DNA from: a virus
Virus record (IMG/VR): IMGVR_UViG_3300045135_000745
Coordinates: 15,885-79,884 of that record
Length of the DNA: 64,000 bases
Direction: 5' to 3' (one strand)
In this document: positions 1 to 8,956 of the stretch, piece after piece
How the letters are laid out: each line of letters begins with the position of its first letter
Numbering within the stretch: the first letter of the stretch is position 1
The notes under the pieces: generated by a model
Databases searched by the model: none
Seen by the model: the letters and a program-made list of their open reading frames with translations, nothing else
Told to the model about the DNA's origin: nothing
Program-made: the position numbers and the translations under genes

Positions 1-1359
1 TCCGTCATCTGATTTTCTGAGTCCTCGTCCGATAGATTGTAGAACTCTGATTTGAGACTTGGACGGGGATGCAAATACGATATTATGCAGATTACGAATA
101 TTAATCCCAGTGGAGAAAGTGCCAAGACTAGCAACAATAATTGCATTCTTTTGTCCTTCTACAATCTTACGAATTGCTTCACGATCACTCGTATCAGTAT
201 CTCCAGAGACAAAAAATACCTTTCTGTTTTCATGTGCTTTATCACGGATTAAATCGAATAGTGGTTTACCGTGCTTTTCTACAAAGTTAAATAGTACAAG
301 AGTATTACCATCAAGATCCAAAGCGAGATTAGAAATGAGCTTATTACGAGACTCGTTTCGAACAATGTAATCCAGTTCAGCTTGGTAATCTTGCTTACCC
401 CAGTTTTGACGTACTTCAAGAGGGTGTTTAAGTAGTAGTACGTTGATCTTAAGCTTAGCAAGGGTATCTTCATCCTGTAGCTTCTTTGTGGTTGTCACAT
501 TATATATCTTCCCAAAAAGCCCCTGTAATACGAGTTCGTGAGTTTGAGAACCGTCGAGTGTACCTGTTGTTCCCCAACGATATTCGGCTTCTTTGCACTT
601 ATCCATAATAGTGGTGAGCGACTTAGATTTGAATCCATGACATTCATCACCAACGACAGCACCAAATTGTTCAAACCATTGCGGCGGAAGTTTATAGATG
701 GATTGCCATGTTGAAATGACAATGTCCTTGTCGGTCTGCTTATCTCGTCCAGAATAAATCCTGTGGACGCAGTCTTCGACTGGCATGCCGTAGTCTGCGA
801 AGTCGTTATACATTTGCTCAACGAGCGAAGTTGTTGGTACAATAACGAGGACTTTCCGTTCTGCCTTCCTGAGAGAAAGCAAATATCTTTGTACGAGTGT
901 GTAGATGATAAGCGATTTACCAGATCCCGTCGGTGAGATAAGCACGGCTCTTTTTCTATGTAGTCCTTCACAGACCGCATCAAACTGATAGTCTCGGATT
1001 CCAATTGGTTTACCTCTTGCATGTAGTTCTAATCCATCAATAAAGCTTTTAATTTCATCAGGGTTAATGTCAACAGTAGCATCGGGTCTACCGTAGTAGT
1101 TATTATGTTCCACCTCGATTGTATAATTACGAGGTTTGGCAAACTCTGCAAGGAACGGATATAGACCAACAGGTAGTTCCATTTTTTGGATATTGAATAG
1201 GCGGATTTTACCGTCCCACACCCGGTTCTTATATGCAGGCATGAATTTATAACCGGGTACATAGAAAGAGAAGAATTCACTTAATTCATTCGCTATACCG
1301 TAGTCACACGCCACGTGCATTACAGAATGATTTTTATTTTTTATTTTTAAATTGTTCAT
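1..1359 (-). CDS. uvsW: UvsW RNA-DNA/DNA helicase (3' end runs off the window)
   Basis: Manual translation from ATG at 1359: MNNLKIKNKNHSVMHV...FFSFYVPGYKFMPAYKNRVWDGKIRLFN, Walker A ISPTGSGKS, DExH motif GDECHGF. Not in the ORF track because no stop occurs inside the window. Confidence 0.93.
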   Translation of the reverse strand, partial: MNNLKIKNKNHSVMHVACDYGIANELSEFFSFYVPGYKFMPAYKNRVWDGKIRLFNIQKMELPVGLYPFLAEFAKPRNYTIEVEHNNYYGRPDATVDINPDEIKSFIDGLELHARGKPIGIRDYQFDAVCEGLHRKRAVLISPTGSGKSLIIYTLVQRYLLSLRKAERKVLVIVPTTSLVEQMYNDFADYGMPVEDCVHRIYSGRDKQTDKDIVISTWQSIYKLPPQWFEQFGAVVGDECHGFKSKSLTTIMDKCKEAEYRWGTTGTLDGSQTHELVLQGLFGKIYNVTTTKKLQDEDTLAKLKINVLLLKHPLEVRQNWGKQDYQAELDYIVRNESRNKLISNLALDLDGNTLVLFNFVEKHGKPLFDLIRDKAHENRKVFFVSGDTDTSDREAIRKIVEGQKNAIIVASLGTFSTGINIRNLHNIVFASPSKSQIRVLQSIGRGLRKSDDG

Positions 1360-1376
1360 AATGGTATATATGGTTA

Positions 1377-1384
1377 TATAAATA
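1377..1384 (+). promoter_or_regulatory. T4-type late promoter TATAAATA
   Basis: Exact TATAAATA about 30 nt upstream of ORF 1414, with GGAGG RBS in between. Confidence 0.75.
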
Positions 1385-1413
1385 CTACTGCTGTTACATA
1401 CGGAGGATACAGT

Positions 1414-1767
1414 ATGCCTATATTAGTTCAAGATGAGTATAAAAATGAAAGCGGAACTACCTATAACACTTTAGAAGAATTTACTGATTTTTTTAATGCC
1501 AAGCGCGATTCATTTTTTACTATTGCTAATTCCTTAAATATTGAAGGATGGGATGGTGAGACTTATTCAGCTTCAGTTGCTAATATAACTACTGAGTCCT
1601 TTGATGATGAAGCACAAGTATATATTAGAGTTACAGAGTGGCCAGATCTGGATACATATAATGCCTATCGAAATGCTGTAACAGAAATGGATTTTGATAC
1701 AGGCGATCTTGCTAGCTTAAAAAACGGAACACTAGGTTTAGAAAAAGTAACCACAATTTTGGATTAA
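1414..1767 (+). CDS. Hypothetical acidic protein (117 aa)
   Basis: ORF with RBS and late promoter, opposite in orientation to flanking uvsW and uvsY. Confidence 0.75.
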   Translation: MPILVQDEYKNESGTTYNTLEEFTDFFNAKRDSFFTIANSLNIEGWDGETYSASVANITTESFDDEAQVYIRVTEWPDLDTYNAYRNAVTEMDFDTGDLASLKNGTLGLEKVTTILD

Positions 1768-2222
1768 CCACCTGCTTCAAACATACGCCACTTGATCATA
1801 TTACCTATGGTCTGATGCCGCCATTTGATATTATCGACTATTTCTATTAAAGTCTCTACTACGATCTTCCATTGCTGAATCTTAAGTTCCGATCTCTGAA
1901 TATCAGTATCCGAATCGTAGTAGTAATCCATCTCCCCTTTCAGTACACGCAGACCTTCGAACGGATCGAACTCCCATCCCCGGGATTCGATCTGTTCTTT
2001 TGTCATCTTCCCGTTATAGTAGAGCCACTTGTCTTTGAGTAGGGTCTTCTGTTCCATCTCTGCGCGCTTTAGTTGTAGCTTAGCCTCAGATAGCAGCGGT
2101 AGGTACTTTGCGTGCAACATAGGGGATTGACGAGATGCTTCGTCAAGTGAACTGTTATCGATCTTAGAATCTTTTTCCCACATCTGTAGGATGGTGTCGA
2201 GGTACTTCATACTATACTCCAA
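1764..2222 (-). CDS. uvsY: UvsY recombination mediator
   Basis: WEKDSKID...LHAKY...KWLYYNGK...IKWRHQTIGNMIKWRMFEAG signature and position next to uvsW. Confidence 0.9.
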   Translation of the reverse strand: MEYSMKYLDTILQMWEKDSKIDNSSLDEASRQSPMLHAKYLPLLSEAKLQLKRAEMEQKTLLKDKWLYYNGKMTKEQIESRGWEFDPFEGLRVLKGEMDYYYDSDTDIQRSELKIQQWKIVVETLIEIVDNIKWRHQTIGNMIKWRMFEAGG

Positions 2223-2247
2223 ATTGCTTTACTGCAATTATATCACA

Positions 2248-2760
2248 TTAATCGGTAATTGTAAATCCTGTGTAAGCGAACGTGATAGGAAAGGTCACGT
2301 ACTGTACAGCATCTGCTGTTGACTGGAAGTTTACTGTACCGATACTAATAGGGAAAGTGTCTTTATATCTGATAGTATCTATCGTGTTATTATGACTACT
2401 CAGTACCATAAGACTGATATCGTAAGTGGTTACGTCTTCATCGTTAGGATTTAGTGCACTGGGTGTTTTGTATTTGGCCTCTACAGTGCTCTTTAACCAT
2501 GTGTGCATCTCTTTGTACACGTTCATGTTCTCGTCCATGATTGCGTCAATCGTAAGTGTGCCGTACTCTAACTTATCACCAGGAAGCTGTGCGTTGGTAC
2601 CACGGAAAGGTGCAACTGCTGGTGCTACAGAGAGATCGGGATGCTGTACCGATTGTGCAAAGAATTCTAAGTTCTTAAATCTTTTTCGAAGAACTACCAC
2701 CTTAAAGCCAGTGGGCTGTAAGAAGTTCTGGGATTCTAATGTAGATTCTGTAGTAGCCAT
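2248..2760 (-). CDS. gp3: Tail completion / tail tube terminator protein
   Basis: NFLQPTGFK...FFAQSVQHP...PGDKLEYGTL...DENMNVYKEMHTW; synteny gp23-gp3-uvsY-uvsW. Confidence 0.88.
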   Translation of the reverse strand: MATTESTLESQNFLQPTGFKVVVLRKRFKNLEFFAQSVQHPDLSVAPAVAPFRGTNAQLPGDKLEYGTLTIDAIMDENMNVYKEMHTWLKSTVEAKYKTPSALNPNDEDVTTYDISLMVLSSHNNTIDTIRYKDTFPISIGTVNFQSTADAVQYVTFPITFAYTGFTITD

Positions 2761-2784
2761 GATTCATCCTCTGTTGCTTACGTG

Positions 2785-2792
2785 TATTTATA
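2785..2792 (-). promoter_or_regulatory. Late promoter TATAAATA for gp3
   Basis: TATTTATA on + strand about 25 nt upstream of the gp3 start. Confidence 0.75.
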
Positions 2793-2818
2793 TGAAAAAA
2801 ATCTGAAAAAAATGCATT

Positions 2819-2854
2819 TAGGGGGTTTACATTTCAAATGAAAAACCTTATATT
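2819..2854 (+). promoter_or_regulatory. Early sigma70-like promoter TAGGGGG-TTTACA-N17-TATATT
   Basis: GTTTACA -35 as in T4 early promoters, 17 bp spacer, A-rich UP element; the same motif recurs at 59400, 60960 and 61323. Confidence 0.75.
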
Positions 2855-2878
2855 AGTACTATCAAAAGGAGATACAAC

Positions 2879-3100
2879 ATGATGCAGTTCGAAACAACCG
2901 GCAACACCTTTACCGCTACCAACTCTATTAAACCGGTAACCATTCGTATGATGGAAGAAACAGATTTTCTTTTAGACATGCCACAAGGTGATCTCTACAA
3001 CGATTTCAAAATTGTTGATCAGTGGTTTGAAACATTCGAAGAAGCCAAACGCTGGGCAGAGACATACGTAGGCATGAAGATAAACACTAAGGACTTTTAA
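2879..3100 (+). CDS. Hypothetical protein (73 aa), stand-alone early gene
   Basis: ORF with AGGAG RBS, own promoter and downstream terminator. Confidence 0.75.
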   Translation: MMQFETTGNTFTATNSIKPVTIRMMEETDFLLDMPQGDLYNDFKIVDQWFETFEEAKRWAETYVGMKINTKDF

Positions 3101-3125
3101 ATAGAATAAGAACCGTGCACTGATT

Positions 3126-3152
3126 AAAAAAAAGAGACGCCGAAGCGTCTCT
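3126..3152 (-). terminator. Rho-independent terminator after gp23 (UUCG tetraloop)
   Basis: Minus strand AGAGACGC-TTCG-GCGTCTCT followed by a T-run. Confidence 0.9.
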
Positions 3153-3170
3153 AGTTATACTCGTTAAAGT

Positions 3171-3200
3171 GGGAGAGGTTTCATCCTCTCCCTTTTTTTT
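3171..3200 (+). terminator. Rho-independent terminator for the + strand 73-aa gene
   Basis: GGGAGAGG-tttcat-CCTCTCCC followed by T8. Confidence 0.85.
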
Positions 3201-3207
3201 ATCTGAC

Positions 3208-4521
3208 TTACGCGAGGATATTGTCCACCCGAAAGATGCGATAATACTGGTTAGTCTTAGCTGTTGCAAGACCGTCCGCAGGAGTTGAACCAACGAATGG
3301 GTTAGAAGCCATGCCGTAGCGTGTCTTGAAACCAATTTTAGGCTGGAACGTTTCCTCAGCAACGGCGCGAACCATTGTAAGCGGTACGTATGGGCAGTAG
3401 AACACACCGGCGTCATATGGGTTTGTACCCTTATAGCCAACGTTGATGTAATCTGTAGCAGCATATGGATCGATATAGATCTTCATGCGACCGTTCAGCG
3501 TACCTGCGAAGGTGTTGCCTGTATCGTCTACGTTAAGTGCTGTTGACATTGCAGGAGCATAGTCAAGCATACCTGAAGCTGCAAGTGCAGATGCTACATC
3601 TGAAGACACGATAGCAAAGTTACCTTTACCACGACGTGTTTCTTTTGCGATTACGTTAGCTTCACGCTCGAGCTGAAGGATAAGACCTTTGATCTTCTCT
3701 ACGCTCCAACGACCATCAGCGTCTGTCGAAAGATCGAAGATACCGTTGATAGCTGTGTTTGCAGTAGAAGCACCAGTCTTAGCTTGGCTGTTGATTGTGC
3801 GAATAACTTCACGGTTGATTTCCGCAAGGATCTCGGTTGAAAGAATGTTCGCAAGCTCTGTTTCAGCGTCAAGACCGTGAATCGCTTTAAGATCCTGTGC
3901 AAGCTCGAGGCTGTACTCTGCTTTCAATGCACGTGATTTCGCTGTCACAGTCGCTTTTTCGATTGTGAAGCCCATCTCGTTGAAAGTAGAAGCTGATGCG
4001 CCAAGCGCTTCTGCGTCTGCAGTTGGCATACCCGAAGCAACAGTTGGACCTGTACGGTCGTTGTCGATTGAGCTATCTGAGTTAGAGTCTGTAAGACCTG
4101 AAAGACCTGATGGACCGCCAGTTTGTGTTACAGATGAGTCACCTGAGAATGCTGTGTTTGCTTCGTTGAAGAGTGCTTCAGTCGAACCAGTTGCACCAGC
4201 ACCGTAACGTGACTTCATTGCAAAGATCAAGCCTGTTGGGCCAGTCATTGGCTGAACACCAGCAACGTCATATGCCATCATGTTCGGCATCGCGCGGCGA
4301 ACAAGTGAGATAAGAACTGGGTTCCAGTTAGCTGCTGAAGAGGTGTTGTTACCTGGAGCAGCTTCGTTAAGCATTGCTGCTTGACCGGACTGCTGAGCAA
4401 ACTCTTTTTCTTGGTTTTCAAGAACAACAGCTGTAACCGCACGCTTGTGTGCGTCTTTAATTTCAGTACCTTCGTTGAGTACTGGGGCCCATTTCTGGGT
4501 TAAACGATCATAAGTTTCCAT
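3208..4521 (-). CDS. gp23: Major capsid protein
   Basis: KWAPVL, LENQE, PVLISLVRRAMPN, GVQPMTGPTGLIFAM, KSRALKAEYSLELAQDLKAIHGLDAE, FQPKIGFKTRYG. Confidence 0.99.
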   Translation of the reverse strand: METYDRLTQKWAPVLNEGTEIKDAHKRAVTAVVLENQEKEFAQQSGQAAMLNEAAPGNNTSSAANWNPVLISLVRRAMPNMMAYDVAGVQPMTGPTGLIFAMKSRYGAGATGSTEALFNEANTAFSGDSSVTQTGGPSGLSGLTDSNSDSSIDNDRTGPTVASGMPTADAEALGASASTFNEMGFTIEKATVTAKSRALKAEYSLELAQDLKAIHGLDAETELANILSTEILAEINREVIRTINSQAKTGASTANTAINGIFDLSTDADGRWSVEKIKGLILQLEREANVIAKETRRGKGNFAIVSSDVASALAASGMLDYAPAMSTALNVDDTGNTFAGTLNGRMKIYIDPYAATDYINVGYKGTNPYDAGVFYCPYVPLTMVRAVAEETFQPKIGFKTRYGMASNPFVGSTPADGLATAKTNQYYRIFRVDNILA

Positions 4522-4544
4522 CTCTGGATCTCCTAAGTTAGTTA

Positions 4545-5486
4545 TTAGTATTGGGTTTTTCTAAGGGCTTTGAGATAGTGCTCCATTGACTCTGAAATTT
4601 CTTCTTGAACTTCGTCGCCAGTTTCTACAGTATCTTCAATGAGTGAATCAGTAGTTGCTTTTGCTCTTTTGAAATAAGCTTCTTTGATTGTAGCAACTTT
4701 GTTTGCGAATGTTTCTTCGTCAACAAAATCTACATCTTCAGAAAGCTTAACAAGCTTTTCAACTTCTGTTTCTGCAAGACCGTTTGCTGCCTCACGAATT
4801 ACTTCGTAACGCTTGAAAGATTCTAGTTCTTCTTTCATTTCGATCATTGCTTCAGTCTGAGTGTTCAGTTTTTCTTCAAGCGAAGAATTCTGTTCAGCCA
4901 GATCATCAACTAGGTCTACTTTGGAATCAGGAACTGCAATGTATGACTCGGTGAAGAGTGTTTGCAGTTTATCCATGAACTCTTCTGCGATCTCGGTACG
5001 GATACCGTTCTGGATTGCAAGTTCATTTTCTTTCATCCAATTTTCAACTACATAGTTCAGGTAACCGTCGACCTTCTCAACCATATCGGCTTTGAATGTG
5101 TCTACTTCTTCCTGAAGTGCGGTAGCATAATTTTCTTCGAGACGCTCGACCTCTTCTGACAGCTTTGATTTCATCGCTGCTTCGAAGATGATTGCGGCTT
5201 TGCCTTTAAAGCCTTCGGATAAAGTTGCTTCTTCATCCATAAGAGCTTCTAAGTCTTCTGAGAAATCCATGTCTTCAGCTTGTAAGCCAGAAGCTTTACC
5301 ACCTGTTTTAAGATCAGATTTATCAGAGTTAGACTTGTCACCCTTACGCTTTGCTGCAGTTTTACCTGCACCTTCAGCTGCTTTAGTAGCAGCTACAGAT
5401 TGCTCTTCAGCATTCTTTGGATCGTGAGCCTCAACAACATTCTCGTCATCATTGAGTTCAATATCCTGATTGGTTTGATCAGTCAT
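4545..5486 (-). CDS. gp22: Prohead core scaffold protein
   Basis: Acidic coiled coil, LSEGFKGKAAIIFEAA, VDGYLNYVVENWMKENELAI; located between gp21 and gp23. Confidence 0.95.
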   Translation of the reverse strand: MTDQTNQDIELNDDENVVEAHDPKNAEEQSVAATKAAEGAGKTAAKRKGDKSNSDKSDLKTGGKASGLQAEDMDFSEDLEALMDEEATLSEGFKGKAAIIFEAAMKSKLSEEVERLEENYATALQEEVDTFKADMVEKVDGYLNYVVENWMKENELAIQNGIRTEIAEEFMDKLQTLFTESYIAVPDSKVDLVDDLAEQNSSLEEKLNTQTEAMIEMKEELESFKRYEVIREAANGLAETEVEKLVKLSEDVDFVDEETFANKVATIKEAYFKRAKATTDSLIEDTVETGDEVQEEISESMEHYLKALRKTQY

Positions 5487-5495
5487 ATGACTCTC

Positions 5496-6152
5496 CTATT
5501 TGTTTTTCAGTAACGAGAGGAAATTCTTGAACTCGCGAACTTGTGCCTCGTAAAGGTCCGCTCTCGGAGTCGTTTTAATTTCTGTCTCTATTCTTTCAAT
5601 TTCTTGAGCTTCGATAACGCCGTTATTCCAGATCCATTCTACACCTTCCATAATCCCATTAACGAAAGCTTGAGGTGCTGATGGATCTTGAACGATATCT
5701 ACGGTGTTTAACATGAAGTCATCCTTGACATACATAACGCCGTTTCTCTGTTCAAGACTTCCCATACCACGAGTTGATACACCTAGTTGGACACCGCCCT
5801 CAAGTAAGCCCTTAACGATCTTACCCATTGGAGTTTCCAAAATACGTGCCTTACCCATCACATTATTACCTTCCATTCTTAGGTCGGTAATGAGATGGGA
5901 TACCTTATCCAAGTTAATTGTAGGTCCGTCTGGGTGGTTCAGTTCACCTACCGCACGACCGGACTTAACTTGGTCTGTTACGTACTTATCTACCGCTTGT
6001 TCCATAATAGCTTTTGGGTAGATACGTCCGTTTCTATTCTTACCTTCGGCTTGAGCAAAGACGCCTTCAATGACATGAGTCTTTGTACCGTCTTCTTTCT
6101 TCTCGACGATACATTGAACATCCGCCTCTGTAAATTCTGTGATCAGCTTCAT
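5496..6152 (-). CDS. gp21: Prohead protease
   Basis: MKLITE, NRNGRIYP, GELNHP, GVSTRGMGSL, DIVQDPSAP. Confidence 0.98.
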   Translation of the reverse strand: MKLITEFTEADVQCIVEKKEDGTKTHVIEGVFAQAEGKNRNGRIYPKAIMEQAVDKYVTDQVKSGRAVGELNHPDGPTINLDKVSHLITDLRMEGNNVMGKARILETPMGKIVKGLLEGGVQLGVSTRGMGSLEQRNGVMYVKDDFMLNTVDIVQDPSAPQAFVNGIMEGVEWIWNNGVIEAQEIERIETEIKTTPRADLYEAQVREFKNFLSLLKNK

Positions 6153-6370
6153 CGTTTGCCTCCGGCCATTTTTACGAAATCAGTTGCAGCTTTCTTTGCA
6201 TCATTAAGAGAATTGTAAGTGTCCAATTTCTCCATGTCGATGTAAGCCACAAATTTATTCTTTTCTTTATGTACCATTACATTATGCTTGCCGACTTTTG
6301 CATCATAGACATGCTCACCGGGTGGCATACCTTTTTTCATAGCTTCACGAATTTGAGCAAAAGTTTTCAT
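6149..6370 (-). CDS. Small prohead core protein candidate (gp68 position)
   Basis: MKTFAQIRE capsid-targeting-like N-terminus; synteny only. Confidence 0.6.
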   Translation of the reverse strand: MKTFAQIREAMKKGMPPGEHVYDAKVGKHNVMVHKEKNKFVAYIDMEKLDTYNSLNDAKKAATDFVKMAGGKR

Positions 6371-6400
6371 ATGTTACACTTTTATTTGTATATTCACGTT

Positions 6401-6414
6401 TATTTATATAAATA
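6401..6414. promoter_or_regulatory. Palindromic back-to-back late promoter TATTTATATAAATA
   Basis: TATAAATA on - (6401-6408) and on + (6407-6414). Confidence 0.65.
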
Positions 6415-6436
6415 AATTTTTTTAAATCAATTAAAT

Positions 6437-6751
6437 TTAAACTTCTTCTAGGTCTTCATCGGATTCTAGATCCGCCATTGCGGTCTCTAGCTCTTCATCT
6501 GATACTTCTAGATCAACGTCATCCTCGTCAACTTCCATAGTTTCGTCACCAAGATCTTCGTCATCGACGGTATCTTCTTCTGGTGAGTACATCGCTTGAG
6601 CTACTGCAATCTTCTCTTGTTCAATAGCATCGCCAACACGTTGACCAATAGCATCGTTCCAAATAACATTAGCTTTTTCGAATTCGGATTGTGTAATATA
6701 GTCAATCATATCAGAGAGTGGATTTTGTTCTGTTTGTACTTCTTCAGTCAT
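6437..6751 (-). CDS. Acidic prohead core protein (gp67 position)
   Basis: Very D/E-rich 104-aa protein directly after the portal gene. Confidence 0.65.
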   Translation of the reverse strand: MTEEVQTEQNPLSDMIDYITQSEFEKANVIWNDAIGQRVGDAIEQEKIAVAQAMYSPEEDTVDDEDLGDETMEVDEDDVDLEVSDEELETAMADLESDEDLEEV

Positions 6752-6760
6752 AATAACCCC

Positions 6761-8347
6761 TTATTTGGCCACTTTTAAGTTAATAGTATGTGATGATTTT
6801 GCCGGATTTTCTTCTTTAGAAGATTGTGCTGTTTGGGCAGCTTGATCGTTTTCGTAATCGTTAATTTCTTCTTCTGCTGGAGCTTCTTTATCTACTTGCG
6901 CAGTCATTTGTTTAATTTCATCGTCATCGAAACGAAGAATATTTTTCATAACCCATTCTTTAGAGAAGTACTCACCAACGTAGTTCTGTACTTGATCGAG
7001 CGACTGTAGCTTCTCTCTTAGCAGTTCTGCTTCTTTTAACTCGGTAAAATGATTGTCCCGAGTGAATTCAAATTTTAAATCGTTTGAAAAAGTTTCCCAA
7101 TCTTCTTCAGTAATAATGTTTTTAAGAATAAGCTGACGCTTTAGCATTTCTCTGAACATCATAGAAAAACGTAAACGAAGACGATCAATAAACTTCTGGA
7201 ACTTAAGCTCGTCACGTGTGATCTCACTCGATCTTCCCAGTGAGAACTGCGACTCTTGCTCAAGACGATTCACTGGAACGTTTAACGATCTATATAGTCT
7301 TTTTTGAAAGTAAAGAATATCGTCGATCTGACCTAAGTTCTCACCGCCGGGTAGCGTACTGATCTCTGTACCACGACCACCTTCGCGGCGGGGCAGCCAG
7401 AAGTCTTCGAGCATAGACATATGCTTGCGGTCATCTTTTACTTCACCAGTAGCAGCATCGTAGACCAGCTTGTTACGATAGCGTGCCATAATACCTTTCA
7501 TGTACTCTTCAGACTTACCCTTCGGTAAGTTACCAACATCAATGTAAAAGATACGACGCTCGGGCGCACGGGCGAGGCGGTAGATCACAAGAGAATCTTC
7601 CATCATACGCAATTGGTTAATAGGCTTAAGTGCTTTATGAAGATATGAAACTACATTCTTTTGTGTAGAATCTAAAAGACCTGATGTGGTGTAGATCACA
7701 GAATCTTTTGTAAGTTTAATACCAGAGTTCTGTTGACCCGGTTTTTCTTGATAGATGTAATACTCGTTTTGACCCTCGATAACAGTAGCACCGGTGATCG
7801 GGTCTTTCTTACGAATAACTTCTTTTACTTTACGAACCTTAGCAGCATCGACGGGACGAATATCCTGGATGCCTTTCTTAGGATTCTTTTCATCAACTAC
7901 AAGATGGTATACTCTTCTACCATCAATGTACCATGATCTAAAAATATCATGACCCATATTCCCAAATTTAAGCATATAAAGGATATCGTCAAATTCTTCT
8001 ACAATTTTATTCTTGATGGACTTAGATAACTCAGTGTCATCCAAGTTTACTTTAACTGACATTTCATCGCCGCCAGAAACTGCTTCATTAGTAATATCTT
8101 CAATTGCGGCATCAACTTCTGGATGTTGTGCAACACCACGATATTTTTGAATAAGAGAAGAATTATCTTTGGACTTATCACCATGAATATCTACGTATTG
8201 ACCATAGTGGGATCCTGATGCGGTTACATAACCTGCACCATCCTCATCCACTTTAGGAACGATAGATTTTAAGTTCTTTTCTTTTGTTTCTTGACTTTTA
8301 GATCTGCTGATTTCAAATCCAAAAAGCTTCAAAGTGTTATCGGCCAT
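6761..8347 (-). CDS. gp20: Portal protein
   Basis: LFGFEI, HPEVDAAIEDI, LRMMEDSLVIYRLARAPERRIFYIDVGNLPK, EDFWLPRREGGRGTEISTLPGG. Confidence 0.99.
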   Translation of the reverse strand: MADNTLKLFGFEISRSKSQETKEKNLKSIVPKVDEDGAGYVTASGSHYGQYVDIHGDKSKDNSSLIQKYRGVAQHPEVDAAIEDITNEAVSGGDEMSVKVNLDDTELSKSIKNKIVEEFDDILYMLKFGNMGHDIFRSWYIDGRRVYHLVVDEKNPKKGIQDIRPVDAAKVRKVKEVIRKKDPITGATVIEGQNEYYIYQEKPGQQNSGIKLTKDSVIYTTSGLLDSTQKNVVSYLHKALKPINQLRMMEDSLVIYRLARAPERRIFYIDVGNLPKGKSEEYMKGIMARYRNKLVYDAATGEVKDDRKHMSMLEDFWLPRREGGRGTEISTLPGGENLGQIDDILYFQKRLYRSLNVPVNRLEQESQFSLGRSSEITRDELKFQKFIDRLRLRFSMMFREMLKRQLILKNIITEEDWETFSNDLKFEFTRDNHFTELKEAELLREKLQSLDQVQNYVGEYFSKEWVMKNILRFDDDEIKQMTAQVDKEAPAEEEINDYENDQAAQTAQSSKEENPAKSSHTINLKVAK

Positions 8348-8411
8348 GCTTTATCCTATCGTTTGGTAGGACTGGGCGTTTCCGCCCAGCCTGATCTTAT
8401 ATATCCACTTA

Positions 8412-8936
8412 TTAAGAAGTGGTTCCTGACTCCCAGTACTGAACTTGGAACTCAACTTGGAATCTTTCGATATCGTCGTTTGCACCATAACTCAGATCAA
8501 TTGGGGAAACGTTAGTTGGGAAGCATCCACGGAATGTGTATGTCTTTAGGACTGATTCGTCTCTATCCAATTGTTCAACCAGAAGGTCTGCCTGATAATC
8601 AACCGGGTTAGTTAGACCAGTGTTAGCTGCGTGAGCATTAACACCATTCATCCAACGTTCCATTGAATTGCGTACTGCAAAGTCAGTGTCGTTGATAATT
8701 GTAGGTGTCCACGTATCAAATGTACGATCGCCTGCAATCTTTAACTGACGCCCACGGAATGGAACAGTAATTACACCCATAATTGACCCAGGAAGCTGTG
8801 CTGCTTCACAAAGGAATGACGTAACTTCTACGTCACCCCCTGCATATGCTGGGAAGTTAATAGTGGCTTTAAACAGATTAGGTCTAGCGCCACCGCCTCT
8901 TAGTTTGGCTTTAAAATCGTCTACTGCGAGAACCAT
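8412..8936 (-). CDS. gp19: Tail tube protein
   Basis: GGGARPNLF, PFRGRQLKIAGDRTFDTWT, IINDTDF. Confidence 0.97.
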   Translation of the reverse strand: MVLAVDDFKAKLRGGGARPNLFKATINFPAYAGGDVEVTSFLCEAAQLPGSIMGVITVPFRGRQLKIAGDRTFDTWTPTIINDTDFAVRNSMERWMNGVNAHAANTGLTNPVDYQADLLVEQLDRDESVLKTYTFRGCFPTNVSPIDLSYGANDDIERFQVEFQVQYWESGTTS

Positions 8937-8956
8937 TTTTTATCTCCTGCGCTTTC

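Noticed and set aside
495-1022. 175-aa ORF containing SGRQNGKS, resembling a terminase Walker A
   Set aside because: Out-of-frame shadow within uvsW, whose real frame has all helicase motifs; the resemblance is probably chance.
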